NCBI GenBank assembly: GCA_053919585.1
Contig: CM132789.1
Origin: Euprymna scolopes
Taxonomy: Eukaryota
Length of the DNA stretch: 64,000 nt
Reading direction: 5' to 3' (one strand)
This document shows positions 39,791 to 54,684 of the stretch, piece by piece. The notes under the pieces were generated by a model, which was not told the origin of the DNA, ran no database searches, and saw nothing but the letters and a program-made list of their open reading frames with translations. The translations under genes and the position numbers were made by a program. How positions within the stretch are numbered: the stretch's first letter is position 1; each line of letters opens with the position of its first letter.

Positions 39791-41384
39791 GTTTATTTGC
39801 TTTTATTTATTTTTTTTGTCAATTTTTTTATCAACGAAAGGTGTTTTTGTCATTATCTGAGATGCATGCTCAGCCAAATACACAAACACATGCATGCACG
39901 AATTATAATAAGAACCATTAACAAAGGGAAATACATACAGTGAAAGAGAGAGGGAGGAGAAAGAGTAATTTTTTTACAGTGTGAATCCTGTAGAATAGCA
40001 AACAGCAGTCCAGCGGCTGAAAAGTGATTTATATGATATGCACACACACACACACACACACACACACAACTGTAGTGAAAGCATTAAATGGACTTGACGG
40101 TGGGCGAAATAATGTCTGTTAGTGACACCATATTTTAATTTTAGTAACTGTTCATTTATAAAGGAAAGATTTGGATGCTGGAATATGAAAATTTTCAGAG
40201 TTCAGCCAATTAGAATGGACGATCTTTGGTGAGGGAGCCTTTTTTATTTCTGAGTCACAAATTGGAAAGATTATGTTAAGTCTATGTATTCTTGAGCCAG
40301 TTATGGTCGGCGTAATCACAGAATCTGTGGAACATGTAGAATTCGTGCTAGTGACAACTAGTAGGAGTGGTAGGACTAAATATTCAGAGAGAAAAATGGT
40401 GTTGATTGTAGGATGCAATGTAGTATTTTAATATCAGGACTAAAATGGTGTTCGAAAGAATAGTGGATATTATCCTAGATGTATTGAATTTGTATGTGGC
40501 ATATGTTATCGCAACCCTACACTACTTTAGTCCAGAGGGAAATTTCTGCAGTGATTTTATTATATATGGATGTATTTTTTACTTTTCTACAACAGATTTT
40601 TAGTATAACAATTAACCATAGGAAAAAATTGAGAGTTTTCACATTTTTAAGATTACATTATATGGGTTATAAGTATGATTCTTAAAGAAGGTATGCTTTT
40701 TTATTGTATTAATTCAACACTGGCAAAAATCATTTATATAAAAAATTTAAATTTATATTATTCTTGTGCTGAGCTTTTGTCTGTTATTCAACTTTTGTGC
40801 TAAGCTTTGGAGCTTTAACTCTAAAAAAATATAACTATCGTTAAGTTTCATTCACCAGTCAGAAAATGAGAACCTCTTCATAGGAATTGAGCTAAGACAA
40901 AGAAAAAGTACATTACATCAAAAATATGAATTATCTATATTTTGTTAAAATCAAAAACGAAATCCTGGAAATTCTTACTGTCTGCTTAATGTTTTCAAAA
41001 CGTTGATTCTGCCATTTGCTTTAGGCAGAATTGATTTAAATTCTAATGCTGATTGCATGTTAACCACACTAACAATTACAAGAGTTTGAGTATGTATAAA
41101 ATAGTAAGTTACAAATGTACAAACTGTATAACAATGAAAAAATTCTAATTTAGTTTTTTTTTTTTTTTAATTAAAAATAAAAATCCTCTTATTGTAGCTT
41201 TTTGGAATGTTTTCATTAATACAATAGTAGCATGGTTGAAAGAAAACTGCACAGATGGACCATAATACTTTACATTTTGCCCGTAAACTTTCATTCTGAC
41301 TAGAATTTTTTTTTTTTATCTGTCATTTTTAAAGTTTCAAAATAACTTTCAAGGGTCAAAAGTTATGAAGCAAAAACTCATATT

Positions 41385-41690
41385 CTTTGGTCTCTTGTTT
41401 TCATTTTGAATGTGATTTTCACAACGTTTCAGTCAATGTAACCTCCAAATTTCTTCACATATATTTTGTTGAACTTTGGAATCTGCATGGAATTTCAAAA
41501 AGAATCCTTTATTTAATCCACCGGGTAGCATGATCTGGTTCAGTCAACCATGGCTGGATAGAAGTCCTGAGAATTGAACCTTCAACCTCCAAAGATTTTC
41601 GAGTTCAATAAAATACACCAGAAGATGAGAACAGTAATCAGAAGAATCCAAATAATCAATCATCATCTCAAAAGTTCAGAACCAGAAAGC
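41385..41690. mobile_element. Second copy of the Penelope-type inverted-repeat element (internally deleted)
   Basis: TTTTCACAACGTTTCAGTCAATGTAACCTCC...GGAATCTGCA...CCTTTATTTAATCC, homologous to 9530-9625 and 14770 onward. Confidence 0.65.
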
Positions 41691-44600
41691 ACTTTTAAAA
41701 ATCTAGTATTTTTTCTTTTTCTCCTAAAATAAAGAAAAAATCTTTTCTGATTGTATCACCATTATCTGATTGGATTTTTTCAATGTTGCAATATTTTGCT
41801 TCTGTAAAAATGTTATTTTAATTTAAACATTTCTCTATAGTTTTCTATTTATCAAAAAGTAATACTGAAATTGATAAGAAGAACCATTTTATTATTAAAG
41901 ATAATTAATTTTCTATTTATTGCATTTGAAATATTTGTAATAAAAATTTAAAGCATTGATTTTTTTTTTAAATCTTAAGCATTTGCATTAATTTCTGATT
42001 TTATGTCACTTTTCTGAATAATTAGCATAAAATATTGTGTAATTTTATGACATACTTAAACATATCTGATGAGGTTTTCATTTCATTCAATTTTACATTA
42101 AGAATAAGATGAGCCAATAAAAAGGAAACTGTCTCTTTCATTTAAAGTGTACTTCCCCAAAACCTTTTATAAGCCAAAAATAAACTTTGTTGACTAAAAA
42201 TAAATGAGGTAAAAAATATATAAACTACTCTAATTTATTCATAAGATATATTGTAGAACAATCTGTAAATTCACCACTTTCCACTTTAAATTTTCAACAA
42301 TGAACAAGTTTCATCTTATGAAAACTTATACAGAATTCAGATATTTTTAGTTTACAAAAAAAAAGCTGTATTTTTTTAAATTATTTTACACAAACTTTAT
42401 CATAGGCAGTTTGTATGTAAGCTGTGTTTCATATATCGACTGTGAAAATTGTAAGTTTACTTGTGAACAAATTTAATTTAACTTTACAGTTGAGGCACCA
42501 AATTTTAATAATTATGATCAAAGATTGATATAAAATGTTTTTTGTTACACAATCTAGTATATTTCCCAATATTCATTAATCAAACTGTAACAGACACAAA
42601 CTCTTGTGATAAACATTTTTACTCATATTAACATGACCTATTTAATTATTCGTCATGAACCTCATGTTGATATAATTAAATTGACTTTGAAAATAGAACC
42701 TTTTTGTATTGTAATACGTTTTCTAACACAAATTGAAAGACAAACAGCTGGTTTGGAATGGTTTCCAAGAAATAAGACCTTCACCAAAAGAAAAAAAAGG
42801 AACCCATTTAACATTTTGCAGAATCTTTTTTCTCTTTTCGTAGTTACTATAAAATTTATATTCTCTTCATTAAACACTTTCATGGCATTATATTAAATTA
42901 AAAAGCATACTAAAAACATTTTTATTCATTCGTTTAGTGAATGTGGGATTCCTTTTTATATTGTCTTAATATTTCTAAACATCTGTTTTAACTATCTCTC
43001 TCTTTCTCTTCATGAGCCATCTTAGTGTATTTTGGTTTATCAAAGACTTTCTTACACGCATTTCCTGTTTGTCTGATTTTCTTTGGACCATTCCTCCTAA
43101 GTTTTTTGTCTACCAACTTTACAAGTTTGAAGCAAGAAGGTGATTCATAAGTAAAAGGTAAGTAATGCTGAACATTTGCCCTTTAAAATCTTCCACAGCT
43201 TTTCTCTTCATATGCTCTTATCCAATTTAAAGAAATAAATAAAAAGTAGGGTTTTTTTTTTATTGCAAAGAGTGGGGAAATTATTTATTCTTTAATGATA
43301 AAACTGATCCAAGCAAATAAAATTTTTGAAAAATAGATGAGCAATAAAAAAAAAAAAAAAAAAAACTTTAGAATTAAGTATTTAAAGAGGTGCTTTTATG
43401 CAGAGGAAGGGAGATATGCTGATATTCAATTCATATTGCTAAGAATTTAGAATAATGAAATATGAATTTTAATAAATATATTGGAGTAAACAAAAAAATA
43501 TAATTCTGTCTTTAAATTGAATATGATTTTTTTCATCCAATTTGAATACAGAATGGAGTTTTATAAGAGTTGATTTTATTTTTGATGATATAGATGTCAC
43601 ATTAGTCAAGATGATGGATATTGCTGACATACATGTCAGATTATATACATGTTTTTTAATATGCCATGACCATGGTTTCATACACCTTAACAATTTTCAA
43701 ATGACGAAACATGAATGGGTACAATTTTAATCTCAAAGTAACGTGTTGAGCCATCTTAAGATTAGAAACTAAAAATATGTCATTTTTATATATATATAAA
43801 ATATGAATTTATCTCCTATTGAAAATGTTTTTAAATATTTTTTCTATTTTTATTTAATAAATGCAAAAATATTAGTATAGATTTAAAAATTTCCTCAAAT
43901 CATGGTGGGTAACTCTTGCCTCTTGGAATAATAATTTAATTTGAGAACCATAATTTTTAAATTAAAACGAAATGTTTCATTCTTTTTTTGAAATAACTTG
44001 AAAATATTTCTTACATACGTGGGGCATTTCAAATGTAATATATCCTATTTTTTACTTCCGCCTGAATGGGTCAGCAATTCCTGGTAAAAGTGCCTTGAGG
44101 ATAGTGATGACTTTGTAGAAAAATAAATTCTGGAGCACCAAAGATCACTTGTCTTAAGGATACCACTCCCATCTTCACAGCTCTTCAACTTTTTTAGATA
44201 AAAATAGGAAGCTTTACATTATTATCAGCTATAAATTTGATTTTTATACACAGGTTTATATTTTGAAACTAATTTGAATAAAATTAAAAGAAACACTCAC
44301 TTGCAATAAAAGGAATCATTGTAATTTGGATTAAATTATTTTCATTAGAACAATTGAATACAAGAATTCAACTATCGCTCAGCTTAACCAATTGCAGGTA
44401 AGTATGTATGTGTGTGTATGTATGTGTGTGTGTGTGTATATATATATACACACACACACACATGCACAGGTCATATGAATAATAGCAGTAAAAGAAGTTT
44501 AATATTTGATTTCAATTCAAAAGTTTTAAGGTAAATTAAAAGTTGCCGATGAATTCTATATGAAATTCTATATGTAATAATTCTTATTTCTAATATATTG

Positions 44601-47034
44601 TTGGAATTTGAAAAATGTCTTTTATTTGCAAATCAAAGTTTGAATAAATATAATTGGAATCATATTCTTATAAAATCTTTTAATTTTTCTTATTTATTTT
44701 TTATTCCCCTCACTTAGTTTAATAAGTTTTGATTCTTTCTACAGGTTAAAGCTAATTTTAAAACTAATGCAAACATTAATTTGTCTGTATATTTCTTTTT
44801 GTATTAGATTAAATGAAAAATTATACTCTGTTGTATTTGTTCTAATCAAATAAGTTTACAAGAATGATAGAATCATGATTAACATAAAACTAAAGATTGT
44901 ATTAATATTGTGTGTGTGTGTGTGTGTGTGTATAGTAAGTTATGAAAATATATTTATGGCAGTTAAGCTACACAAAGACTTTTATATTTCATCTCCATAG
45001 CGAATGGTCAGGCTAAAAGGCATGGAATTTGTGATATCAGGTATTATGTATAATGAATCTGATTGGTTAGCTAGTTAGACAAAACACTACATGTATATAC
45101 AAAAACACTCAGCAACATGGATTTCATGCATTTTCAAAACAAAATCATCAGCTCAAATATAAATTGGGAATCTTAAAATTAGCACCTTCTTGCAATAGAA
45201 ATAGGAAATACCAAATTATAAACTTAAGAAAAAATATTAATGTTTTTAATCACAGCTGAATGTAAATATAAATAATTGCTCACTTTATACCCATTGCATA
45301 ATGTTTGAAAACGGATTACTAAGACCAAAAAGCGTAAAATGAGACGCCACATATATAAATACTGTTAATTCTTTAAACAGGTTTCCAAGTTCTACCAGAT
45401 GTTAGAAACTAGTCACGTATTCTTCTGATAATCGGTAATATTGTGAAACTGCAGTAAAGTGTATAGCTAAATACAATTTATGAAACAATATCAATTAATA
45501 AGTAATATTTTCGTTATCAATGAGTTTAAGTTTTTTTTTATTTTAAGAAGTGAAAAACAATTAAAAATTGGTTTTTATTCACTTTTACTTTACATTTCCA
45601 AATATGTGACATTCCTTTTAATATATATGCTGTGAAGATTCATCTTGCTTCTTGAAACATTAATATAAAAAAAATTGTCCAATAAGTTTTTTTTTTTTAA
45701 TTTGGCTCTGTTTATTGCATTTCTATCATTAGCAACTTTTTTTTATAAAAGTACTTTGGTAATATATGAACAAGATTGTGATAAAACTTTCTCACAAAAC
45801 TATTTGTATGGTTTCATGAATCTTCAGTTTCTATTTGGGCCGTTTTCATAGCATGTTGTTCTGCTTGGATCTTAAGTCACTATTCTGTAAATATTTTTTT
45901 ATTCTCTCCTCAAAATATTGACAAATGATTTCAGTAAAGGTCAGCTGACCTTTGCAGTTCATCATCTAGAATCGACTCCATCTTGGATTTTATTGGCTGG
46001 ATACACTTATACAGATTTCTATGTTTCAAGAAATTAGAAACCTTTATGCACATATACTTTGGTAATGTCTGTATTAAACCTGTAGCAAAGACAGAAATCC
46101 ACATAAAATATTTTTTTGTTTTATTATTCATATGAATCTGTTTTTTTTTATCTTCTTGGATTGATTTCATTTCAACATAATTGACAAAACAAGCTGACAC
46201 ATTTTTTGCTTTTTTTTTTTTTCTAGATGATTCCAATGTTATTAACAGGTTGTTGCACTATTGTCTTTTTAGCCTTGTCAAACCGGTTGCTGAGAGGAAA
46301 TCAAAAGCTGTAGAAGAACAAATTTGTTTTTGTTTTTTATTTATTTTTTTAAGCATAAATTGCTATTTTCATTTGATTCATTCAGTGTTGTATGTTTAGA
46401 CGAGAAAGGTGGAAAAAAAAAAGATCTGGCAAAAAAAAACAAAGTCATTCAGTTCAAATATCAACTTAATATTTTTTCTTTTCTATTTTTCATTTCTAAT
46501 AACATTTATTCTCACTATTTTTAATTCTTTATTAACTGAATACATTTAAATCTGTGAATATATGAGGATATCTTTCTATGACTTATCCTCAATCCAACCC
46601 TGCTAAAGTAAAGACTGGATTTACTGGTAATGTAAAGTAGTCGGTCGGAAAAATGATATCCATATGACTATGGAAAAGGTGGGTAGATTTTAATACTGAG
46701 TAAAGGAAAAAGGAGAGAGACCATAATAGATTGCTTATCTACTAAATTTGTAAATCTTATACTGTATTTTACAATTATAAAGTAGATTGTTTTTTGTTTT
46801 ATTTGTATATTTTAGATCAATTTAACTCTTGTTCCATTATAAATTATTTCAATCCATATGTACATTTAGTTATGGTACTTTAAACTTTTTGTATTTATGT
46901 GAATTTTTTTTTTTTTTTTGAAACCTGGGATCTTATCATCATTAATATGTTTGTATGAGTGTGTATACTTTTTGTGAACTGTTGACGTTTGTTACATACT
47001 TCAATACATTTTGTTAATATTTTTCGTGTTGTAG

Positions 47035-47218
47035 GTTCCCTGAATAACGGTGATGTAAGAGATTCTTCCAGCTTCCTGATGGACCGTAAATACTCTGAGC
47101 CAATCCTTAGTCAAAATGAAAGCATTGAAGACAATGCCATTATACGTTCTAACAAGGTAGAGAATATTCCAGAACACATACGAGAGACTCCGGAACCAAC
47201 CTCACCCAATAAACATAG
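47035..47218 (+). CDS. FARP: FARP linker exon (GSLNNGDVRDSSSFLMDRKYSEPILSQ...PEPTSPNKHR)
   Basis: gttgtag| and AG|gtaaga; phase 1/2; end phase matches exon 54685; coding-like composition. Confidence 0.78.
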
Positions 47219-47926
47219 GTAAGAAATACACTGTTTATTTACATAAACGTTTTCAGTTTTACTAATTCATTCTGTAGATATTTTGCTTTTGTTTGCATTT
47301 TTTGTTTGTTTCTGCTTCTTTGCATGACAACCTGTAAAGATCCAATGTTGCCTAGTAATATTTATACATTCATTTTTAAAAGGTTGTTGGTTTTTAGGTT
47401 TAAAATAAGCAGTTTTAATGATTTTTTTTTTTTCAAACAGAACAATCAGTAGTATATGTGTAATATAAAATTGTTTCTTTTTTATTGCATAATATTTTAA
47501 TGTCCTCTGTTTGAAACTTTATTGTTAATGTTTAAAAATAATTGCCACTTGAATGTATTATGTAAATTTGTTAAGATTATTTTGCAAACATACAAACAAA
47601 CATGATACAAGGTTACATTTCTATCACTCTGTTTTAATTTCGTGGTAAATTCAATCATCAGATGTATTTCTGCCTTGCATGACCTTATGCATGTGAGCTT
47701 GCATTTAAATGTAAACAATGTGTGGAATAGGAAACTTCTCGTGATGATTAGATTCACCATTAAACTTTTTAACATTTCAGTTTTAAGACAAATCCTTTTA
47801 AATATTATTTTTACAAAACTCTATCTGAAAGGATATCAGGCCCTTTGTGTGTTTCTTTGCAAGATTTGCTATCTTAGATCGAATCTGTTCTGAATCAGAA
47901 GTTGTTTTTTCATATTATTGATACAT

Positions 47927-48337
47927 GGTTCTTTAGAATTCGCCCTATATTAAAAATCAAAGAAAAATCTATGATATATGTATCTATGACAAAATGAAAA
48001 TATCATATTCCTAAAAACACGTAAATTGATCTAGTAGTTTTGTTCTCATAAAGATCATTTTCATACAATTAATGGGAATTCATAGACATTACAACATAAA
48101 CCTAGTAAGTTTAATTTACTTTTGAGTTATCTCCCTTGTTTCTTGGGATTATTTTTAAGATTACAGCACAAGACAGTCATTTCTCTCTTGGTCATAAAAT
48201 TTGATTTTCTTAAAAGTAAAACAACTTGATCAATTTATGTGATTTTTGGAATATGATATTTTTATTCCAGCATGGGTAAGTACATCATACAGATTTTTAT
48301 TTGTTTGTTAATATAAGGGCAATTCTGGACAAGAACC
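47927..48337. mobile_element. MITE family B copy 2 (empty-site form)
   Basis: Same TIRs; internal CATAGACATTACAACATAAACC...GAGTTATCTCCCTT with no insertion. Confidence 0.85.
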
Positions 48338-49079
48338 GATATATCCTATAATTTCTTTAAAAAGTTAAATTTTTCATATTAACAAGAAGATTAAAGAATC
48401 TCCTTTCTAAAAATAAATTAATTAAAATGAATCTTTAGTCTATAAAAAAACTTACTATCACTTAGAATATATTCTTTCTTGTTTAAAAATGTTAAATTGA
48501 ATATCTTTAATATTTGCAAAGTATTGCTTGTTTTTTTTTATGCATGATTTCTTTTTTTAATTTTCAAAATCTAAAACCATTGCAAATTTCCTTTATGCAC
48601 ATAATGATTTTTTCCCCGACAGTTTTTATCCATAGCCAAATATTGTAGACCACTCAGTGTAAAACCCGTGTAGCTCATCTTAGCTGATCATTTACATTAA
48701 TTGGCTAGATAAACCAAACATATATACCTGTGCAAAAGAAACAAAAATCCAATACTAATGTGCCTTGCTTTTCTTCTTCCTTGTTTCTTGTGAGAGGTCA
48801 TTATCTTCAGATATTAACCTGGTTTTGCTGTTTTCCCTACTTCACACGACCTTCCTTCCAAAACGAAATAATGGTATACATCCCCCTTAAGCATGCAAGA
48901 TATGAACAATCATCATTCAATAGAGAGATGCGACTCCTTCCCATGCAGCATTTGGATGATGCAATATGACCAGCACCAACGCCACAAGATGCACAATCTT
49001 CTCCTCTTCCTCCGCCTTCAACTGAAATAATATAAAAAGGTTACAAGGATAGATATCTTCACTGATTCTTTTTTTCCAG

Positions 49080-49227
49080 GCTCGAGCTTGTGGAAGAAGA
49101 AACCTCTTTTGAATCTTCGGAGCAAATGGAACCACAAAGAAAATATGCAGTTGCCATTCCTGATGATGCTGTGAAAAAAATGTTTTCAAATGCAATTTTC
49201 AGAACTTTTCATGCAAAAAACAATTGA
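49080..49227 (+). CDS. Possible alternative terminal exon (R-LELVEEETSFESSEQMEPQRKYAVAIPDDAVKKMFSNAIFRTFHAKNN*)
   Basis: Strong acceptor ttctttttttccag|, phase 2 matching exon 47035-47218, 48 open codons, AATAAA at 49254-49259. No homology recognised. Confidence 0.3.
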
Positions 49228-49535
49228 TGTAGAAATGCATGGTCTTGATGGACAATAAAACAATGGGGGTGGGGAAGGGATCTAGAAATTTGATTTTCTT
49301 TCTTGTATCCTTTAACCCCTTCTTCTTCTGACCATTCTCTCATAAGTTTTGTATAAACAAATATTTAATAATGTATTTTCAACAAAGACAATTTGTGAAT
49401 AGTTCATACTTGTTGACTATTGCACCTATTTTTCTATTATATCTAATTGAGTGGTTTGCAGTTTTCAATGTAGTTTAACATTAAATAATTTCCAAATTCC
49501 AAAAATACTTTCCAAATTCAAAGCTTTGTAAAGTG

Positions 49536-49536
<1 letters not shown>

Positions 49537-49605
<69 letters not shown>
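49537..49605. repeat. (TG)n microsatellite; other SSRs include (TA)n at ~14631, 28965, 29440, 35153, 38368, 54571, (CA)n at 6606 and 40042, (AGT)n at 9347, (CAT)n at 25338
   Basis: Directly visible. Confidence 0.95.
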
Positions 49606-49607
<2 letters not shown>

Positions 49608-50189
49608 TTTTCAACTTGTACTTTGAAGAAACTTGTTTTGTTTACAATATAATTTTTTAATTCTATTGGGTTTTGGAAATTCTAGAAAAGAAATTTTCAG
49701 GAATTATTGGATTCACTTCTATTTTTAATGGGATGAAATAATTTTAAATGCTTATGGCTCAATTCCATATTTAGACTGAATGGGGATCAGCTCTCCGGAT
49801 ATTAATTTTTTTTTTTCAATATAAACCTAAATGAAAGAAAATTTTCCCTAGTGGGAAGTTGTTCCATCAAGTTCAGAAAGTATTTTTCTCGCCATATTTG
49901 TACTGTTTTTTTTTGTTTTTTGTTTTTTTTTAAATCTTTTTCTCCTGTTAAAGGTTACACCTTACTATCAATAATAGTCAACAAATTCTTAAAACTTAAA
50001 TTTCTATCCTACTTGCTGATTTGATACATCTTATTAACAGAAACTCAACAATAAAGCTGCAATAAATCATGTTTACCCCTTATTTATTCCCAACTCATTT
50101 AATTCATTCTTATCTGCTGTAACTTAAGCATAACATGTGAGACAGTGATCTACTTAGAATTATTTGTATCAATTTGTATCAAGGTGAAT

Positions 50190-50530
50190 GTTCATATTAT
50201 TTGCATTCTTCACACTACTGTTCTCATCTTGGGTGTTATTTTCACAATGTTTCAGTTGATGTAACCTCTGACCTTCATCAAGTGTATCATGTCGGACTCT
50301 GGAATCTTTCTGTTAAATTCAGGAATCTTCACAAAATTTTGAACAAAACCCTTTATTTAATCAATGAGGGGTAGTATGTTCTTGTTCCATCAGCCATTAC
50401 TGGATAGAAGTTCTAAATAATTTGCAATTGTATTTTGAGTGTCACTAACATTAAGGATTAAACCTTCAACATCTAGAAGAGTGTAATTAACCACCGAATT
50501 TTACAAAGTACCTAATCAACTATATCATGT
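50190..50530. mobile_element. Third copy of the Penelope-type element
   Basis: TTCACAATGTTTCAGTTGATGTAACCTCTGACCTTCATCAAG...CCCTTTATTTAATC...AACCTTCAACATC, homologous to the other copies. Confidence 0.65.
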
Positions 50531-52954
50531 CTTAAATAAGCATAGTGATCTATAGGATTATTTTTATCAAGGGAAACATTATTTGAATATGTATTTTTTG
50601 GATTATCAGTTTATGATTTCCAAGAAGATGTACATTATATTTTTTATTATCCTCATCATGTATTTCATATTCACAAAGTTTTGACTGCTCTACTTTACAG
50701 CCTATTATTTCAGATGATTTTTATTATTCTTGTATTTCATACCGAGCCAAGAATCAACCTGACAGTCTAGCACCAGACCTTTCTTTGTCACGATAAGTTA
50801 TGGGCCCACTCTGACCTCAAAGGTGCACTCTTTTGAACATTACTTCCTCTTTTTGGGGAAGGGGTTAATTATTATTGATTATCTGAGGCACTCTTATTGA
50901 GGTATGCAGATGGGTCTGTTCATGGCTGTATTTGTACTAACCAGAGTGCCTCTTTGGGGGAGCTGGCTTTCTGCACCTTTCAGCTTTGTACCATCTTTTT
51001 CTCCAGTAAATAACAATCTTATGTAAATTTTAAACAACTTTTCATTTTACTTGTTATTTACCTTTACTCATATTGCAGTTTTTTATTTTAATATTTTAAT
51101 TTCAGCATGTATTATTATTATTATTATTATTAGCCATCACAAAGTGTGTGTGCAATATTTTTATTTCAAAATATAAAATTACTAAATTCGAAAATAATAT
51201 TGAAAATGTAACTGAAAAAATGTTTCCTTTCATAGATTCAAGTTAAATTGTAGCAGTACATGCTGTATGGATGGTTGAAGTGAAGTTTGGATATTTTCTA
51301 ATGACACCATCCAACATCCAGATGTCTTGACTTTTCTTGTTTGCCAGTTATTAACTAGGAAGATCAGTTGGTTGTCTTTTTCCATTGTGACCTCTATTAA
51401 AAGTCTTCACTTCACATGAACCTGTGATATTTGAACTCCTTTCTCGTGTGACCAGAGTATGAATGTATCATGTGGTTTAAAATTAGGTAAAAATTGGTTA
51501 ATTGGTTAAAAGATATTCTCAAGTGAATTCTCTCTGGAGATTGTTAGCTCATTCAATGATGAATGAAGGAAAGAAAAAATGTTTTCATAAACAAAATGCT
51601 CTTGATACATGTTTGGTTCTTTTATTATACTTGTCTGACACCACCACTTCTCTTCATTGTCACAGTTTTGTTTAGTGATTGCTGTACAAATAAGCTTCTT
51701 TTTTTAAAGCAGGAAAGACATAAGGAAACGTTAAGTGAATGTTTTCTAAAAGCTTTTATTTTGAAGAGAATTGACTTAGGCTCATGAGAGAGAGACTAAT
51801 GTTCTCTTAGCTAATTTAGTATTTAGTTACTTTGAATAAGTGCTGCACGAATAGATATATTGAGGTAATGTTTTGCAATTAGCGATTATCAAAGTTTCTT
51901 ACATTATTGGCCAACTGTCTTATGCAATCTATGGCAGACTCATTGTTCAAAGTTTCCTTCGCATTGCTCCCACATAGACAAACTGATTTGAAAACCTTTG
52001 TTTTCTCTCGGTTTGAAAAACGTGGCATTATTCATCATCACTTACTCATACCTTTGTTTTATTGATGCCATTTAGCTTGGACATTACATGTAAGCCGTCT
52101 TTAATTACACTTTGGGAACGATTCTGCTTTGCAGATCTGAGTTAACATGCAGTGTGACCCTTGTAAAAATCCATACTAGTTAACTTAATTGCCACTGACA
52201 TAGGATCCCTAATAACAAAATGACTGATACAACATTCAAAGGAATAAGAACAATTAGTCCTTTAAAAATTCAAAATTTCTAGAAGGTTGCTATGAAGAGT
52301 CAAAATGTGAATATGACAGCCATGATGTGGATAATAGTCCAAAATATGTAATTTACACCATCTTAACCCAGAAATATCAAATATCACAATAAATGTAGGT
52401 TGTTCATAAAAGGAAATATCAATTTTGAGGAGATGAGTTTATTACTCAAGTTTTTTTTTTTGTGTAGATACACACAACATACACTTACATAAGTTTGGGA
52501 TTTGTTTTTCTGTTTGTTTTTTTTACTTTGGATCTGAATCTAATTCCTAGATATTTTGTCTGAGAAACGTACAGAAAAATATTAAATTTTGAGAAGATAA
52601 ATAATAAATAAAATGCAAAAGATGGAGGTGCAAAGAAAACCAGCTGAACATATTAAGACTGAAAAGGATGTAGGCCTGCTGGATCCCAAACGAAAAGGCA
52701 GGTAAGGTGAGGAATGTATACAAATTGTGATGTGTATGCAACCAATCACAAATAAGAGATGGTTCTAGAATTTCTTTGTCATTTTGTATTTATTTTAAGA
52801 TACTATCACCAATATATTATTTCTTATGTGTCATATTAATAAAATTGAAAGAGTAATTTTTTCTTTAAACATATTCAGTTTTCTTATTCCTTTTCCATTT
52901 GAAGTTTCATTATTTGCAAAGTATATAAAATCAGTAATTATGATTCAATTATAC

Positions 52955-53400
52955 AGTTCTTGTCCAAAACTTTTCCTTTAATAAAAAAAATCAAAAATAA
53001 GAAAAATTTATGATGTATGTACCTGTAACAAAATAAAAATATTATGTTCCAAAAATCATGAAAATTGATCAAGTATTTTTATTTTTAAATAAGAATATCA
53101 AATTTTAGGAGTATTCAAGGAGTGATTGTTTCACCCACGATTTTGAAAAAAAAAAAAAAAAAAAAAATTAAAGAAACAAAGGGAGAAAATAATAATTCAA
53201 ACTTGTGAGATTTATGTTGTAATGGCTATAAATTCTTATTAATCACTTAAAAATTATTTTCTTTATAAAAATAAAGGTACTTGATCAGTTTACGTGATTT
53301 TTGGAATATGATATTTTCATTTTGTCACAGATATGTACATCATACAGATTTTTCTTTATTTTTGTTTTTTTTAATAGAAGGGAAATTCTGGACAAGAACG
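52955..53400. mobile_element. MITE family B copy 3 (opposite orientation, empty-site form)
   Basis: Same TIRs; internal AACTTGTGAGATTTATGTTGTAATGGCTATA is the reverse complement of the empty site. Solo arms also occur near 4190-4305 and 36395-36490. Confidence 0.85.
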
Positions 53401-54567
53401 AATTCTTTACAGAAACTCAAGCCTATTATTTTAACAATAAAATTAAAAAGCAAAATGAAATTTGTTTATTATTAATGGTGATTCTTTTATAGAAGATATT
53501 ATTTAACATGCCCAATATGTAGACAACTTTGATTATTCTATAGTTTTAGGAAAACATGATATAAAGTCTTAAAAATTACCAAGAGAGATATTACATAAAG
53601 AGAAGGCATGCAATAATGGTATTTAAATGTCAAGAAAGAGTCACCAATTGTCAAAAGTAAAAGGGAATTAAAGGACAAGAGTTTTTTCTTTTTAAAATAT
53701 TTTAATGAACAAAGCAAAATAAAAACTTGACAAAATAGCAATTCACAAAAAAAAACAAAAAAAAACTGAAAAATGGGAGAGAACAACCAAAATGATTTTT
53801 GAGAAAACGTGAACTGTCAAAATGATAACTGCTATGAAAATTATGTATATTTTGGGGAAACTTTGACTATGGAGCAAATATCTTCACTTGTAAAATGCAG
53901 AGATTGTGCATTTGCAGATGCCATTTGCAATTTAAAGAAGAATGTGTCCATTGTGAAACGAAACCATTACATGAGTCACATAATAGCAATGAAATTTTAA
54001 TGAATCACCCAGATTTACTTTGTGTAGGATTTGCGTATTTGCAATATCTGTATCTGCCAGTTGCAGAGATGATTAAAAGAGCAAATAAGTTAGCAGTGAT
54101 GGTGCAATAATAAATGTACCTCTGTTCATTTTAATTGCGATAACAAAATATACTGTAGTTGCTTGCAAAATGTGTCATCTTGCCGTCTATTTCTGATTCT
54201 ATAACAAGCAATGAATAACATTCTTAATCTCCTAACAGGAATGGTGAATGTCTCTTGCAATTCTAAAGAAATTGAAAATGATTTTCAATGAAACTACTGT
54301 AACCATTGTTGCTACAGTTAATTAAGATTAGCTTTGTAACATGTATTTTTTTTTTAAAAGTTTATATTATATGTGTGTGCATATATATATATATATATTT
54401 TTTTTTTCGAATTTATGCATATTTTATTTATGTTAGTCCTTTGATGAAAAGTGTTTATTTCTGAAAATCTATGGATTAAGGATTTTTCATTATTATAATT
54501 CCTTGTTTGAATTTTTGATGGATTAATAAATATTGTAATTTGGCCAATTTTATTTTTATCGATTTTT

Positions 54568-54610
<43 letters not shown>

Positions 54611-54684
54611 TAAAATTTGTTAAAAAATATATTTATAATTTGTAAAAGTATGACAAATTGTTTAAATATTTTTGTAATGTGTAG

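Noticed and set aside
44030-44220. Tc1/mariner-derived MITE
   Set aside because: Only one plausible terminus and a weak inverted match; too degraded to call.
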